63,698 bases of DNA from a bacterium (lineage in GTDB: Bacteria; Patescibacteriota; Minisyncoccia; JBBINA01). The stretch lies in the NCBI GenBank assembly GCA_037444125.1, contig JBBINA010000005.1:1-63698 (forward strand), in the 5' to 3' direction. A program made the position numbers and the translations under genes. Numbering within the stretch: the stretch's first letter is position 1; each line of letters starts with the position of its first letter. The notes below the pieces were generated by a model. The model was not told where the DNA came from, ran no database searches, and was given only the letters and a program-made list of their open reading frames with translations. Below, piece by piece: positions 19,020-28,377 of this stretch.

Positions 19020-19888
19020 TAAAACAAAAACATAAAATTATGAATATGAGAACTATATCGATATTGTGGATTTTCAAAAAAAACAAAATTATATTTTTTG
19101 GTTTTATCTACTTCTTTCTTATGAGTTTATGGTGGTTCACTATTTTTATACGCGTATTAAAAGATGGGCTAGAAAATAATATTTTTACAAATATTTATGG
19201 ACTGATGGCTTTATATGGAAGTATCTTCGGTTTTTTAATCTCGTTTCGTTGGGGTGGATCGAAAAGCCTGATGGGAAGAATGTTTTTGGCTTTCTCATCA
19301 GGCCTCTTTTCTCAGTTTTTAGGCCAAATATTTTATATTTATTATATTTATGTTCTACACATTGAGGTGCCATATCCTTCAATTGGAGACTTGTTTTTTA
19401 CTCTTAGTGTAATTTTCTATATAGTTGGAGCTATATATCTTGGAAGAATTGTTGGAGCGCATTTTAATATGCAATCATTAAAAGGTAAACTGCGGGCGTT
19501 GCTAATACCTCTTATGGTTTTAGCCTTATCTTATTGGATATTTTTAAAAGATATAGATTATGACTGGTCGAAACCGTTAAGTGTATTTTTTGACTTTATT
19601 TATCCTTTTGGTCAAGCGTTATATATCTCAATAGCTTTAGTTGCCTATTTATTTTCAAGAAACATGCTGGGTGGCATTATGAAGACTCCTATACTATTAC
19701 TTATTGCTTCTCTTTTTACGCAGTATTTGGGTGATTTCTTTTTTACCTATCTGACCTATAAAGAAGCGTGGTATGTAGGAGGTATTGATGACTACCTATT
19801 TTTCCTATCATACTCTTTTATGACCTTTAGCATACTTTTGAGCGGCGAAGTTTTGAATAGAGAAAAGAATGCAGTTGTTAAAGAATAA
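19010..19888 (+). CDS. Stand-alone multi-TM sensor-like membrane protein
   Basis: About 8 TM helices; the PYPSIGDLFF motif resembles TM input modules usually fused to kinases or GGDEF domains. Confidence 0.65.
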   Translation: MAIIKQKHKIMNMRTISILWIFKKNKIIFFGFIYFFLMSLWWFTIFIRVLKDGLENNIFTNIYGLMALYGSIFGFLISFRWGGSKSLMGRMFLAFSSGLFSQFLGQIFYIYYIYVLHIEVPYPSIGDLFFTLSVIFYIVGAIYLGRIVGAHFNMQSLKGKLRALLIPLMVLALSYWIFLKDIDYDWSKPLSVFFDFIYPFGQALYISIALVAYLFSRNMLGGIMKTPILLLIASLFTQYLGDFFFTYLTYKEAWYVGGIDDYLFFLSYSFMTFSILLSGEVLNREKNAVVKE

Positions 19889-19889
19889 T

Positions 19890-20174
19890 ATGGACACCAT
19901 TTTTCAACAAATTGCCTTGAAGATGATAAAAGAACAGGAGTTTATTATTGGTCCATTGGCATGGGAAGAGGCAAAAAGAGTAAAAGGATTAAAAATTATT
20001 GACGCTGTCAATCAAGATTTGGTTTTTGAGGAAGAGCCAAAGCAAGTTTTAGATAGACTAGTGGCGCAATATGAAAGATTGTTTGGTCGGACATCTCGGG
20101 AAATATGTCGGGCTGCTGTATTAAGTTTGACCGCAAGTTTGCCCAAAGAAAGTATTCCCGCGACCTTACAGTAA
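19890..20174 (+). CDS. Small cytoplasmic helical protein, putative signalling adaptor
   Basis: IKEQEFIIGPLAWEEAK...LVAQYERLFG. ATG at 19890 follows the upstream stop by 1 bp. Confidence 0.7.
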   Translation: MDTIFQQIALKMIKEQEFIIGPLAWEEAKRVKGLKIIDAVNQDLVFEEEPKQVLDRLVAQYERLFGRTSREICRAAVLSLTASLPKESIPATLQ

Positions 20175-20220
20175 TTCCTCGTTTAATTTGGTCGTTTTTT
20201 CAATAATTTAAAAACTTATA

Positions 20221-21657
20221 ATGTTTTCGGATTTTCAACGGCAAGATGACAAAAGGGAGGTGAGTAAAACCGACTTTGATTATGAGGCTCATCTTAAAAC
20301 TATAAATGAAGAGCTTTATAAGCGAAATGTTGAGCTAGCTATAAAAAACAAGACACTTTCTTTATTACAGAAATTATATGAGGTTAGCGTTTTAGTACTT
20401 GAACCAAAACTTTTGGCAGCCAAGATAGTTAAATTAATTCAAGCAGAACTTGACTTTGAATTGGTTCAGATGTTGTTGTGCAACAGAGATAAAGATAGAT
20501 TAGAATCTATGAAACTAGCAGTTTCGAGTAGGTTTAAAAATGTTTTGGCAGAAAATAATTGTTCCCTAGATGAGATAAAAATAGAAGGCGCATCCACTCA
20601 TTATTTTTTTGCTCCAGTGGTGATAGATAAACGGATGAATTTTTCCGAAGGCATTACTGCGCCTTTTTCCGGCTGTTTTGATAAAAATATTTTAGAAAAA
20701 CTTAATTTTGATACTCCTATAAAAGCATTACTTGCCCATCCTTTAATGATTGAAAACGAGGTTATAGCTATCCTTCTATTAGCTATAAACAGACCCTATA
20801 AAGATTTAATTGAATTTGAAAGACAATCCATTTCTAGTTTTATTAATGTTATTTCTGTAGCGCTTGATAGGTCTTTTATCTACCAAAAATTAAAAATAGC
20901 CAATCATAAGTTGATTATAGCTAATGACAGGTTAAGGGAACTTGATAAACTAAAGTCAGAGTTCATTAGTATTTCTTCTCATCAATTAAGGGGTCCCCTT
21001 ACGGTTATTAAGGGTTATATTTCAATGATTTTAGAAGAATCGTTTGGAAAAGTTAATAGAGATATTAAAAAAGTTCTTCAGGATGTATATTATTCAAATG
21101 AAAAAATGATTGGTTTAGTCAATGAACTTTTGAATGCTTCACGAGTTGAGCGCGGTGCGGTGACATTGGTATTTGAAGAGGGTGATTTGAATAAATTTAC
21201 AGCCGCCATTATTAAAGAGCTTGACTGGAAAGCCAAACAGAAAAAAATTGATTTAAGCTTTAAACCTGCAAAGATACCACCTGTTTTTTTTGATGTTGAC
21301 AAAATGCGTCATGCTATTTACAATGTTATTGATAATGCTATTAAATATACTGATAAAGGAGGGGTTGAAGTTGTAACTAAGTCAATTAAGGGCAAAATTC
21401 AAATTCGAGTGAAAGATACCGGTATTGGTGTGACTCAAGATGAAAAACAGAAGCTATTTAAACGCTTCACTCGTGGCGATGAGGCATTAAGATTGCATCC
21501 AGAGGGAACTGGTCTTGGATTGTTTTTGGTTAAACAAATAGTCGAGGGTCATAAGGGAAAAGTTTGGGTAGAATCTAAGGGGCGCTATCAAGGTTCAACT
21601 TTTTATATTGAGATTCCGGTTAATTTAAAACTAAAGAAAGTTTTAACTAAGATTTAG
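20221..21657 (+). CDS. Cytoplasmic GAF-domain sensor histidine kinase
   Basis: H-box SHQLRGPLT, N-box NVIDNAIKYT, G1 DTGIGV and G2 GTGLGLF; GAF-like N-terminal region; no TM helix. Confidence 0.92.
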   Translation: MFSDFQRQDDKREVSKTDFDYEAHLKTINEELYKRNVELAIKNKTLSLLQKLYEVSVLVLEPKLLAAKIVKLIQAELDFELVQMLLCNRDKDRLESMKLAVSSRFKNVLAENNCSLDEIKIEGASTHYFFAPVVIDKRMNFSEGITAPFSGCFDKNILEKLNFDTPIKALLAHPLMIENEVIAILLLAINRPYKDLIEFERQSISSFINVISVALDRSFIYQKLKIANHKLIIANDRLRELDKLKSEFISISSHQLRGPLTVIKGYISMILEESFGKVNRDIKKVLQDVYYSNEKMIGLVNELLNASRVERGAVTLVFEEGDLNKFTAAIIKELDWKAKQKKIDLSFKPAKIPPVFFDVDKMRHAIYNVIDNAIKYTDKGGVEVVTKSIKGKIQIRVKDTGIGVTQDEKQKLFKRFTRGDEALRLHPEGTGLGLFLVKQIVEGHKGKVWVESKGRYQGSTFYIEIPVNLKLKKVLTKI

Positions 21658-22183
21658 GTTTAATTTTAAATAGTTTTAGGATTTTAACAAGGTTTTGGTA
21701 AACGGGCAATTTATCTGGGACTATTCTTATATAGTCAGTTTCATCGTATTTGTGAGAAGCAAATTCGAATAAAACTGGGTTTTGTTTTGAGACAGAATAA
21801 ATTAAATGATAAACGCCCGGCGGGATAGTAATTGCGGCAATTTTATTTTTGTTATCAATAGTGAGATTTTTAACTATAGAGTTGGTGATTGGTGGAGAGT
21901 TTTTTCCTACGAGAATATATTCTTCATTGTTTTTAGTAGGAGATTCTTTACGCATATCATAAAAAAACCATAAAGCAGTTCCATAAGGCACATAAGCAAT
22001 ATCAATGTTTTTTAAGTGATAATGTCCGCCTCTCCAAATGCCTTTTTCATTTAAAACAACCGCTAAGGCGCGGTTTTTTGTTGTTTGAGTAAGTTCGCAT
22101 AAATAACCCCGATTGTCAGCAACGACTTTATAAAATCTTATGGTTAATCCCTTAATATTAGTTTTCATAACGAATGAATTCAT
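21647..22183 (-). CDS. Cupin-fold dTDP-sugar epimerase/isomerase (RmlC/FdtA-like)
   Basis: DNRGYLCE, WRGGHYH, YDMRKESPT and IPPGVYH; overlaps the end of rfbB. Confidence 0.78.
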   Translation of the reverse strand: MNSFVMKTNIKGLTIRFYKVVADNRGYLCELTQTTKNRALAVVLNEKGIWRGGHYHLKNIDIAYVPYGTALWFFYDMRKESPTKNNEEYILVGKNSPPITNSIVKNLTIDNKNKIAAITIPPGVYHLIYSVSKQNPVLFEFASHKYDETDYIRIVPDKLPVYQNLVKILKLFKIKPKS

Positions 22184-23400
22184 AATTCACCTACAAAGGC
22201 GTTGAATTCTTTTTGTTTTTTTAAGACTCTTTGTATCCACCACTTATTTGAAGTATACCAAGAGATAACTTCCGTTAATTTTTCTTCAAAATTTACTTTT
22301 GGTTCGAAGCCTAATTCTTTTTTAATTTTAGTAATGTCAAGAGAATAACGGATGTCATTACCGGGTCTATCTTGTATGAATTTGATTAAAGTTTTGGGTC
22401 GTTCTAAAATCTTTAGAATTTTGTACGCAATTTCAATTACAGGAATTTCTTGTTTTGCAGCTATATTGTAGACTTCTCCAGGAGTACCTTTATGTAAAAC
22501 CATATCAAGCGCTTGGCAATGTTCTTCAACATAAATCCAGTCGCGGATATGAGATCCATTACCATGTACAGGAAGCGGCTCTTTTCTTAATGCTCTAAGC
22601 GTCCAAAAGGGAATAACTTTTTCTGGATACTGGTACGGTCCATAGTTGTTAGTGCAGTGGGTAACAATTACCGGCGTTTTAAAAGTTTGAAAATAGGCTC
22701 GGCACATTAGATCGCCGCCAGCTTTTGAGGCAGAATATGGCACATTAGGTCTAAATGGCGAGTCTTCTGTAAAGCTGCGGAAATCGTTTATTTCAAGCTC
22801 GCCATAGGTTTCGTCAGTTGAGATATGGACGAAACGTTTTATTTTATATTCTTTAACCAATTCAAGAAGATTGGTAACGCCCAAAACATTAGTATTGACA
22901 AAATCTCTAACATTTGAAAAAACAGATCTACCCACATGAGTTTCCGCGGCAAAGTTAATAACATAGTCAATTTTATATTTTTTCGCCGTATCTGATAATT
23001 TTTGATAGTCGCAGATATCGCCTTTAATAAATTTATAACGAGATGAATTTTTTAAATCCAATAAATTATCCAAATTGCCCGCATAAGTCAGTTTATCGTA
23101 ATTAATAATAGTATAATTCTGATATTTTTTATGAACGAATCTGATGAAATTGCTACCTATAAAACCAGCGCCACCGCAGACCAAAATGTTTTTGGCTAGA
23201 TTTGTATTTTGCGCCTTTTCCTTAAAATATTTTTTTAATTTTTTATAATTTATTTCAGTTAAGACTGAAATTTCTTCTAAAGATAATTTGCCTTCTTCGT
23301 AAAGATTTTCGAGAATCTTGAATTTTTTGACAAAATCTGAAGAAATATTACCGAGCTGTAAAGTTTTTTGCAGTATTTTTTTAGATTCGTCTTTTTTCAT
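22180..23400 (-). CDS. rfbB: dTDP-glucose 4,6-dehydratase with a ~70-aa N-terminal extension
   Basis: GGAGFIGSNF, DKLTYAG, NFAAETHV, HISTDE.YG, YSASK, NNYGPYQYPEK and DRPGNDIRY. Confidence 0.93.
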   Translation of the reverse strand: MKKDESKKILQKTLQLGNISSDFVKKFKILENLYEEGKLSLEEISVLTEINYKKLKKYFKEKAQNTNLAKNILVCGGAGFIGSNFIRFVHKKYQNYTIINYDKLTYAGNLDNLLDLKNSSRYKFIKGDICDYQKLSDTAKKYKIDYVINFAAETHVGRSVFSNVRDFVNTNVLGVTNLLELVKEYKIKRFVHISTDETYGELEINDFRSFTEDSPFRPNVPYSASKAGGDLMCRAYFQTFKTPVIVTHCTNNYGPYQYPEKVIPFWTLRALRKEPLPVHGNGSHIRDWIYVEEHCQALDMVLHKGTPGEVYNIAAKQEIPVIEIAYKILKILERPKTLIKFIQDRPGNDIRYSLDITKIKKELGFEPKVNFEEKLTEVISWYTSNKWWIQRVLKKQKEFNAFVGEL

Positions 23401-23478
23401 AAAATAAAGTAAGCTTATATTTTACTTATATAGATTGGAAAATCAATATTGGCAACAAGACTTTAATTTTTTATAATA

Positions 23479-23943
23479 AATGCCAGTTCGCAAAAATTAA
23501 CTCAAAAGGGATAATTGCGGTGAGCGAAGTTTTTCATCCGAACGCTTAAAACAACTTCACTTGAAACTATTGAGGAAATAGGTTTTAATCCGTTTCAAAG
23601 ATTGAAAGAGATTACCGGAAATCCCGGAAATTGCAATCGTTTATTTTTTTGAGACGCATGATAAAAAAGAAGGAATCAAATTTTTTCGGCTTTAAATTTC
23701 ATCATAGCGAGGTCAGCCTTTGATTTTGTTTTGCTGATATGTTTGAGGGTTTAAGATTTAACTACTATGAGATTAATGAGATTAATAAGGATATTTTGCG
23801 TCCGCTTTCGGCGATAGCCGAAAAAATAATTAAAAGTATCCTGGTGCCGTGGCATGTGGCATGAGGTAGTAAAATTTTCAGATATGATGATCCAGGCAGG
23901 AGTAGCTAGGCTCAAAGCTCAACTTTTAGAAGAAAGATATTAA
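23479..23943 (+). pseudogene. Probable decayed gene (three short protein-like frames)
   Basis: Frames IRTLKTTSLETIEEIGFNPFQRLKE... (ends 23652), MFEGLRFNYYE...PWHVA* (23739-23864) and MMIQAGVARLKAQLLEERY* (23884-23943). A hairpin with a T-run follows near 23982-24009. Confidence 0.4.
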
Positions 23944-24024
23944 AAGATTTTGCTAATAATCACGGAGGTTAATTTTACGGTAGACTAGCTTTAGTAGGCG
24001 AGTCTTTTTATATGTGTTCTTTTA

Positions 24025-24834
24025 CTATATTAATCTTATATTTTTCCATTTCCACATATACTTTAAAAAGCTCATAATATGGACACGGGTATATTTGTTT
24101 AAGAAAATATCCGTTAAGCCTCGTTTAAGCGAAGCTCGGATATGATAGTGGGTGAAGACTGAATGTGGGTAGTATATAATCTTAAAGCCAGCTTGCTTAA
24201 ACCGTTTTGCCCAATCAACATCTTCAAAATACATAAAAAATCTTTCATCTAATAAGCCAACTTTTTTGATATAGCTTTGTTTTGTCATTAAAGCTGAACC
24301 CATCAGCCAGTCAACTTCAAAGGGCTTTTTTAAGTTTTTGTTTTTATAGCTATAATAAGATAAAACTTTTTGGCCAAATTTAGTTTTAGCAAAGGCAGTG
24401 CGTCTAGCTAATATTGATAGTATTCCTGGTTCATGAAAAAAAGATTGTTGAAGCGTGTTGTCTACGTTTAGGAGTTTTGGCCCGATTAATCCTACTTGTT
24501 CGTGTTTTTCCAAATAATTAATTAGTTCAATAATTGATTTTTCATTTCTTGTTACGATATCAGCGTTTAAAATAAAAATATACTTACCTTTTGATTTTTT
24601 AATGCCGGCGTTTACTGACTTGCCAAAACCAACATTTTTTTTAGAACCAATATAACGAAAGTTGTGGAGATTTCCGTATTTTTCATTAAGAAGTTGTTTT
24701 GTTCCTTCTTGAGCTTCGGAATCAACAACAATAATTTCATAATCAATTGATTTTAAATTTTTTATTATTGAATCAATACAATTAATAAGGAGATTTGGAA
24801 CTTTATAATGATTTATAACGACAGAAAGCAACAT
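24025..24834 (-). CDS. GT2 family glycosyltransferase (rhamnosyltransferase-like)
   Basis: LSVVINHY, NVGFGKSVNAG, LNAD, VDWLMGSAL and DERFFMYFEDVDW. Confidence 0.9.
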   Translation of the reverse strand: MLLSVVINHYKVPNLLINCIDSIIKNLKSIDYEIIVVDSEAQEGTKQLLNEKYGNLHNFRYIGSKKNVGFGKSVNAGIKKSKGKYIFILNADIVTRNEKSIIELINYLEKHEQVGLIGPKLLNVDNTLQQSFFHEPGILSILARRTAFAKTKFGQKVLSYYSYKNKNLKKPFEVDWLMGSALMTKQSYIKKVGLLDERFFMYFEDVDWAKRFKQAGFKIIYYPHSVFTHYHIRASLKRGLTDIFLNKYTRVHIMSFLKYMWKWKNIRLI

Positions 24835-24871
24835 AAGAAAAACTTAAATATTACTTGAAGGTTTTTAATTC

Positions 24872-25819
24872 TTAACTTATTTTACCCATTTTGCCTTTAT
24901 AGAAATCTTTTATACCTTTAATAATAGCTTTAGCTGATTCTTTTTTTGAAGGAATAATTAATTTTATAACTTGCTTTATGAATTTATAGGTTGCCCATAG
25001 ATGAATGGCGAGTTTGCTAAGTAAGAATGGGGCATTTTTGTGAGCAAGGTAAAGAGCATTTCTAAAATGGTAATACCAAATAGTTGGGTTGCCTAAGGTT
25101 TTTGTAACGCTTGAAACTTTGTGATAAATGATTGCCTTAGGAACATAAAGACACTGAAAACCAACTTTGCGCGCTTGAAGATTATAATCCGTATCCTCAT
25201 AATATAAAAAATATTCTTCTCGCATAAAACCGATTTTTTCAATTACTTCTTTTTTAAGCAACATACAGCATCCCGTAATCCAGTCAACAATTTTTGGAGA
25301 TTGAGCCTCCAAAAATTCAGATTTTGTTTCAACCCTGTTGTAGTCTAGGTGGTTACCGCCTCCAAACCAAGAAAATTTGCCGCCGCCGAACCAAATTTTA
25401 TTTGGTTCAGAATGATACATAATTTTTGGACCGAGTATGCCCACTTGCGGATTTTTTTCGGCTGCTTCAATTAATTTATCTAGAAAATCTGGCTTAACAT
25501 TAGTATCGTTATTTAAAAGCAAAAAATAGCCAAAGCCATCACGAAAAGCTTTTTTGAGCCCAAGATTGTTGCCGCCAGCAAAGCCTAGATTATTATTAGA
25601 AATTATTAGTTCTAGCGGATATTTGAATTTTTGTTTTTTGATAAATTCTTTGATTTTTACGAGACTGTCGTCTAATGAGCCATTTTCGATCAGATACACT
25701 TTGAAATTAGGATAAGTGGCTTTATTTAAAGATGAAAGACAGGATTTTGTATCCTTAAAGCCATTATAATTAATGATTATTACAGCAACATTTGGCTTTG
25801 GTTCAAGCGTTGTATGCAT
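24872..25819 (-). CDS. GT2 family glycosyltransferase
   Basis: IIINYNG, NLGFAGGNN, LLNNDT, DWITGCCML, YFLYYEDTD and RN motifs. Confidence 0.9.
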   Translation of the reverse strand: MHTTLEPKPNVAVIIINYNGFKDTKSCLSSLNKATYPNFKVYLIENGSLDDSLVKIKEFIKKQKFKYPLELIISNNNLGFAGGNNLGLKKAFRDGFGYFLLLNNDTNVKPDFLDKLIEAAEKNPQVGILGPKIMYHSEPNKIWFGGGKFSWFGGGNHLDYNRVETKSEFLEAQSPKIVDWITGCCMLLKKEVIEKIGFMREEYFLYYEDTDYNLQARKVGFQCLYVPKAIIYHKVSSVTKTLGNPTIWYYHFRNALYLAHKNAPFLLSKLAIHLWATYKFIKQVIKLIIPSKKESAKAIIKGIKDFYKGKMGKIS

Positions 25820-25844
25820 TTATTATTTATAAACTTTTAGTGTT

Positions 25845-26606
25845 CTAGTGTTCGACAATTAATCTTAACAAATATATTATGATTACACCGACTAGAATTA
25901 AAACAAAAGGAGTAATTATATTTTTTGAAGGTAAATCTTTTTTTATTTCAGGAATTAAATCAGAAGCCGCTATAAACAGAAAGCCACCGCCGGCTATAGC
26001 TAGCATATAATTGGGCAAAAACTCCACATTTTTTAAAACAAAGTATCCGCTAATACAACCAAGCAAGCTAAAAAGAGCGGTTATAAAATTATAAAATATA
26101 GCTTTTGTCCAGCTTAATCCTGTAGTTCTTAAAATTGAAAAATCGCTTATTTCCTGTGGTATTTCGTGAAAGATAACCGAAATGCTTAAGAGAATGCCTA
26201 TTTTTATATTAACTAAGAAAGCGATGGCTATTACAATGCCATCAATAAAATTGTGTAAAGAATCTGCCAAGAGAATTATTTTAGCTCTAGGTAATATACA
26301 ATCCTTACATTTAATATCGTGATGATGGTGATGCCAAGTAAATCCGCGTTCAAGAGCAAAGAATAGCAAGAATCCTAGTAGAATTATTTTGCTATATATG
26401 TTTATTTGTTCACTATTTTCAATAAATAACTCAGGTAATATATCAAGAAAAAAAACGCCTAGCAATGTACCGGTGGCAAAAGAAATCAGAAACCTCCCAT
26501 ATTTTTTAAGATTTTCACTGGTAGTATTTTTGAAAATAAGACCAGCGATTAGAGAAGGCAAAGAAATTAATAAACTAAAAAAAATAATTAGGGATAATGT
26601 TGGCAT
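25845..26606 (-). CDS. ZIP-family divalent metal (Zn) transporter
   Basis: His-rich loop HHHHHD, ADSLHNFIDG, HEIPQEISDF and ASDLIPE. Confidence 0.9.
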   Translation of the reverse strand: MPTLSLIIFFSLLISLPSLIAGLIFKNTTSENLKKYGRFLISFATGTLLGVFFLDILPELFIENSEQINIYSKIILLGFLLFFALERGFTWHHHHHDIKCKDCILPRAKIILLADSLHNFIDGIVIAIAFLVNIKIGILLSISVIFHEIPQEISDFSILRTTGLSWTKAIFYNFITALFSLLGCISGYFVLKNVEFLPNYMLAIAGGGFLFIAASDLIPEIKKDLPSKNIITPFVLILVGVIIIYLLRLIVEH

Positions 26607-26805
26607 TATATATAAAGATTAGTTAAAGGTAGTAAAAGTTAATTGTATAAGCTTGAAATTGATAAATCAATACTTTGGTAAAAAATTTTTCTGTATAGGC
26701 CTATATATAACATATCGTATTTATTGTGAATTATAAACGGAGGAGTTTCCTAGCTCCCACTTTTGATTGTCTTTATACTGCACGGACGATCAAGAGTCTG
26801 TATGG

Positions 26806-27276
26806 TTATGTCTCGAACACAGTTGCTTTAACTTTATATTTATTAGGCATCCTTCTGGAACGCTGTATATCTAAAACTTTTTCAAGATGATTCATCAAAC
26901 GGGGTAAGTTTGGTAATGCGACTCCTAAAATCTTTGACTATTCGTGATAGGTAGCCTCAACGCCAATTTCATCATGATTGTTGGTGAGTTGTACCTTGTA
27001 ATGTATCTGCAGTATGGCGATTTTCTGTCGGGCATCAAAGCGCGGCTCATTTAAAATTTTCTTAACGACAGGAGATAGTTTATCGTTGTTTACTATTGTC
27101 CCTTCCTTAGAGAAAGTGTCGTCGCTAGGGAATGCCGTACCACCTCCTCCCTACAGGGCAAGGTTATTAGGGCCTGCAGTATCCCCATTGACGGGGTAAA
27201 AAATCCAGACTAGAATGGAGAAAATAGCTAAGGGTAGGGTTAGCCAGGGACAACGGTTACGATATTCTTTGTACAT
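26806..27276 (-). pseudogene. 156-codon membrane-anchored protein gene interrupted by two in-frame TAG codons
   Basis: ATG at 27276, hydrophobic segment WLTLPLAIFSILVWIFYP, TAG at 27153-27151 and 26940-26938, final TAA at 26808-26806. No frameshift is needed. Confidence 0.6.
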
Positions 27277-27567
27277 AACTCTGTGAGTATAAATAGTCCA
27301 AGATACCTTTGCAAATACCTTCTGTCAGGTCTGCCAAAATGTCAGAAGTCAGCCACCTTGTTATCATTTTCCACGGCGAGCCGGTGATCGGCGCGCCCAG
27401 TTTTTCGTGGCGGCATTATGTCCGCTTTTTTTCTTTGATTATATTATGTGTATTGAAAGAATAAAAGTATATGAGAGAATACTTTATGGCATAAATACAT
27501 ATTAATACATATTTTAATTAACCTCTTAATTTTTTTAGAAAAAAATTTAGTGGTTTTAAACACTTTC

Positions 27568-27596
27568 TTGATTTTTGCTTCAGTATTTATTATACT
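27568..27596 (+). promoter_or_regulatory. Sigma70-type promoter for rpsB-tsf
   Basis: TTGATT-17 bp-TATACT. Confidence 0.55.
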
Positions 27597-27645
27597 TCTT
27601 AAAATCTTTTTTTAAAATATTCCTTTTAATTTTAATCTTTAATAA

Positions 27646-28377
27646 TTGTTTAACAATCCAATAATAATGCCAATAATAATGAATGAAGATAATAAATCCC
27701 AACTTCTTTTTGCCAAAGAAGAAGAAATAAAATTAATGTTAAAAAACGGTCTTCATTATGGGCACAAAAGGACTTATTTACACCCTTCAATGAGACCGTA
27801 TGTTTTTGGAATAAAAGACGGTATTTATATAATTGATCTTGAAAAAACATATGACAAGTTACAGGAAGTGTTGCTTCGATTAAAAGAGTTAAAGGAACAG
27901 AATAAGATTATTTTATTCGTTGGCACTCTGCCACATTTTAAAGAAATTATTGGCTCTTTTGCCGAAAAAATCAAAATGCCTTATGTAGTTGAGAGGTGGA
28001 TTGGCGGTTTAATTAGTAATTATGATGTCGTTGGTAAGCGTTTGAAGCATTATCTCAATCTTAAAGAAAGCAAAGATAAAGGCGAATGGGATAATATGAT
28101 TAAAAAAGAAAGGGTTAAGCTTGAAAAAAAATTTGCTAAACTTTCTAAACAATTTGAATCCTTGCGATTTATGACTAGACTTCCTGATGCAATTTTTGTT
28201 TTTAATATACGAAACAATATGGCAGCTATTCGCGAAGGCAAGGAAAAAAATATAAAGGTTTTTGCTATCGCCGACACTGATTCAAATATTAGTGATGTTG
28301 ATTACTTTATTCCTGCCAATGATAATGCTTTAAACTGCTTAAAATATTTAATTTCTAAGTTAGAGTTAATTTTTTGA
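27646..28377 (+). CDS. rpsB: 30S ribosomal protein S2 (true start may be the ATG at 27667 or 27679)
   Basis: GLHYGHK...HPSMRPYVFG, ILFVGT, RWIGG, LPDAIFV and DTDS...PANDN. Confidence 0.96.
   Translation: MFNNPIIMPIIMNEDNKSQLLFAKEEEIKLMLKNGLHYGHKRTYLHPSMRPYVFGIKDGIYIIDLEKTYDKLQEVLLRLKELKEQNKIILFVGTLPHFKEIIGSFAEKIKMPYVVERWIGGLISNYDVVGKRLKHYLNLKESKDKGEWDNMIKKERVKLEKKFAKLSKQFESLRFMTRLPDAIFVFNIRNNMAAIREGKEKNIKVFAIADTDSNISDVDYFIPANDNALNCLKYLISKLELIF

Noticed and set aside
26806-27276. Genome-wide stop-codon reassignment (code 15 or 25)
   Set aside because: Conserved genes are uninterrupted under code 11, and both TGA (iscS, rpsB) and TAG (18032) end genes at sensible positions.
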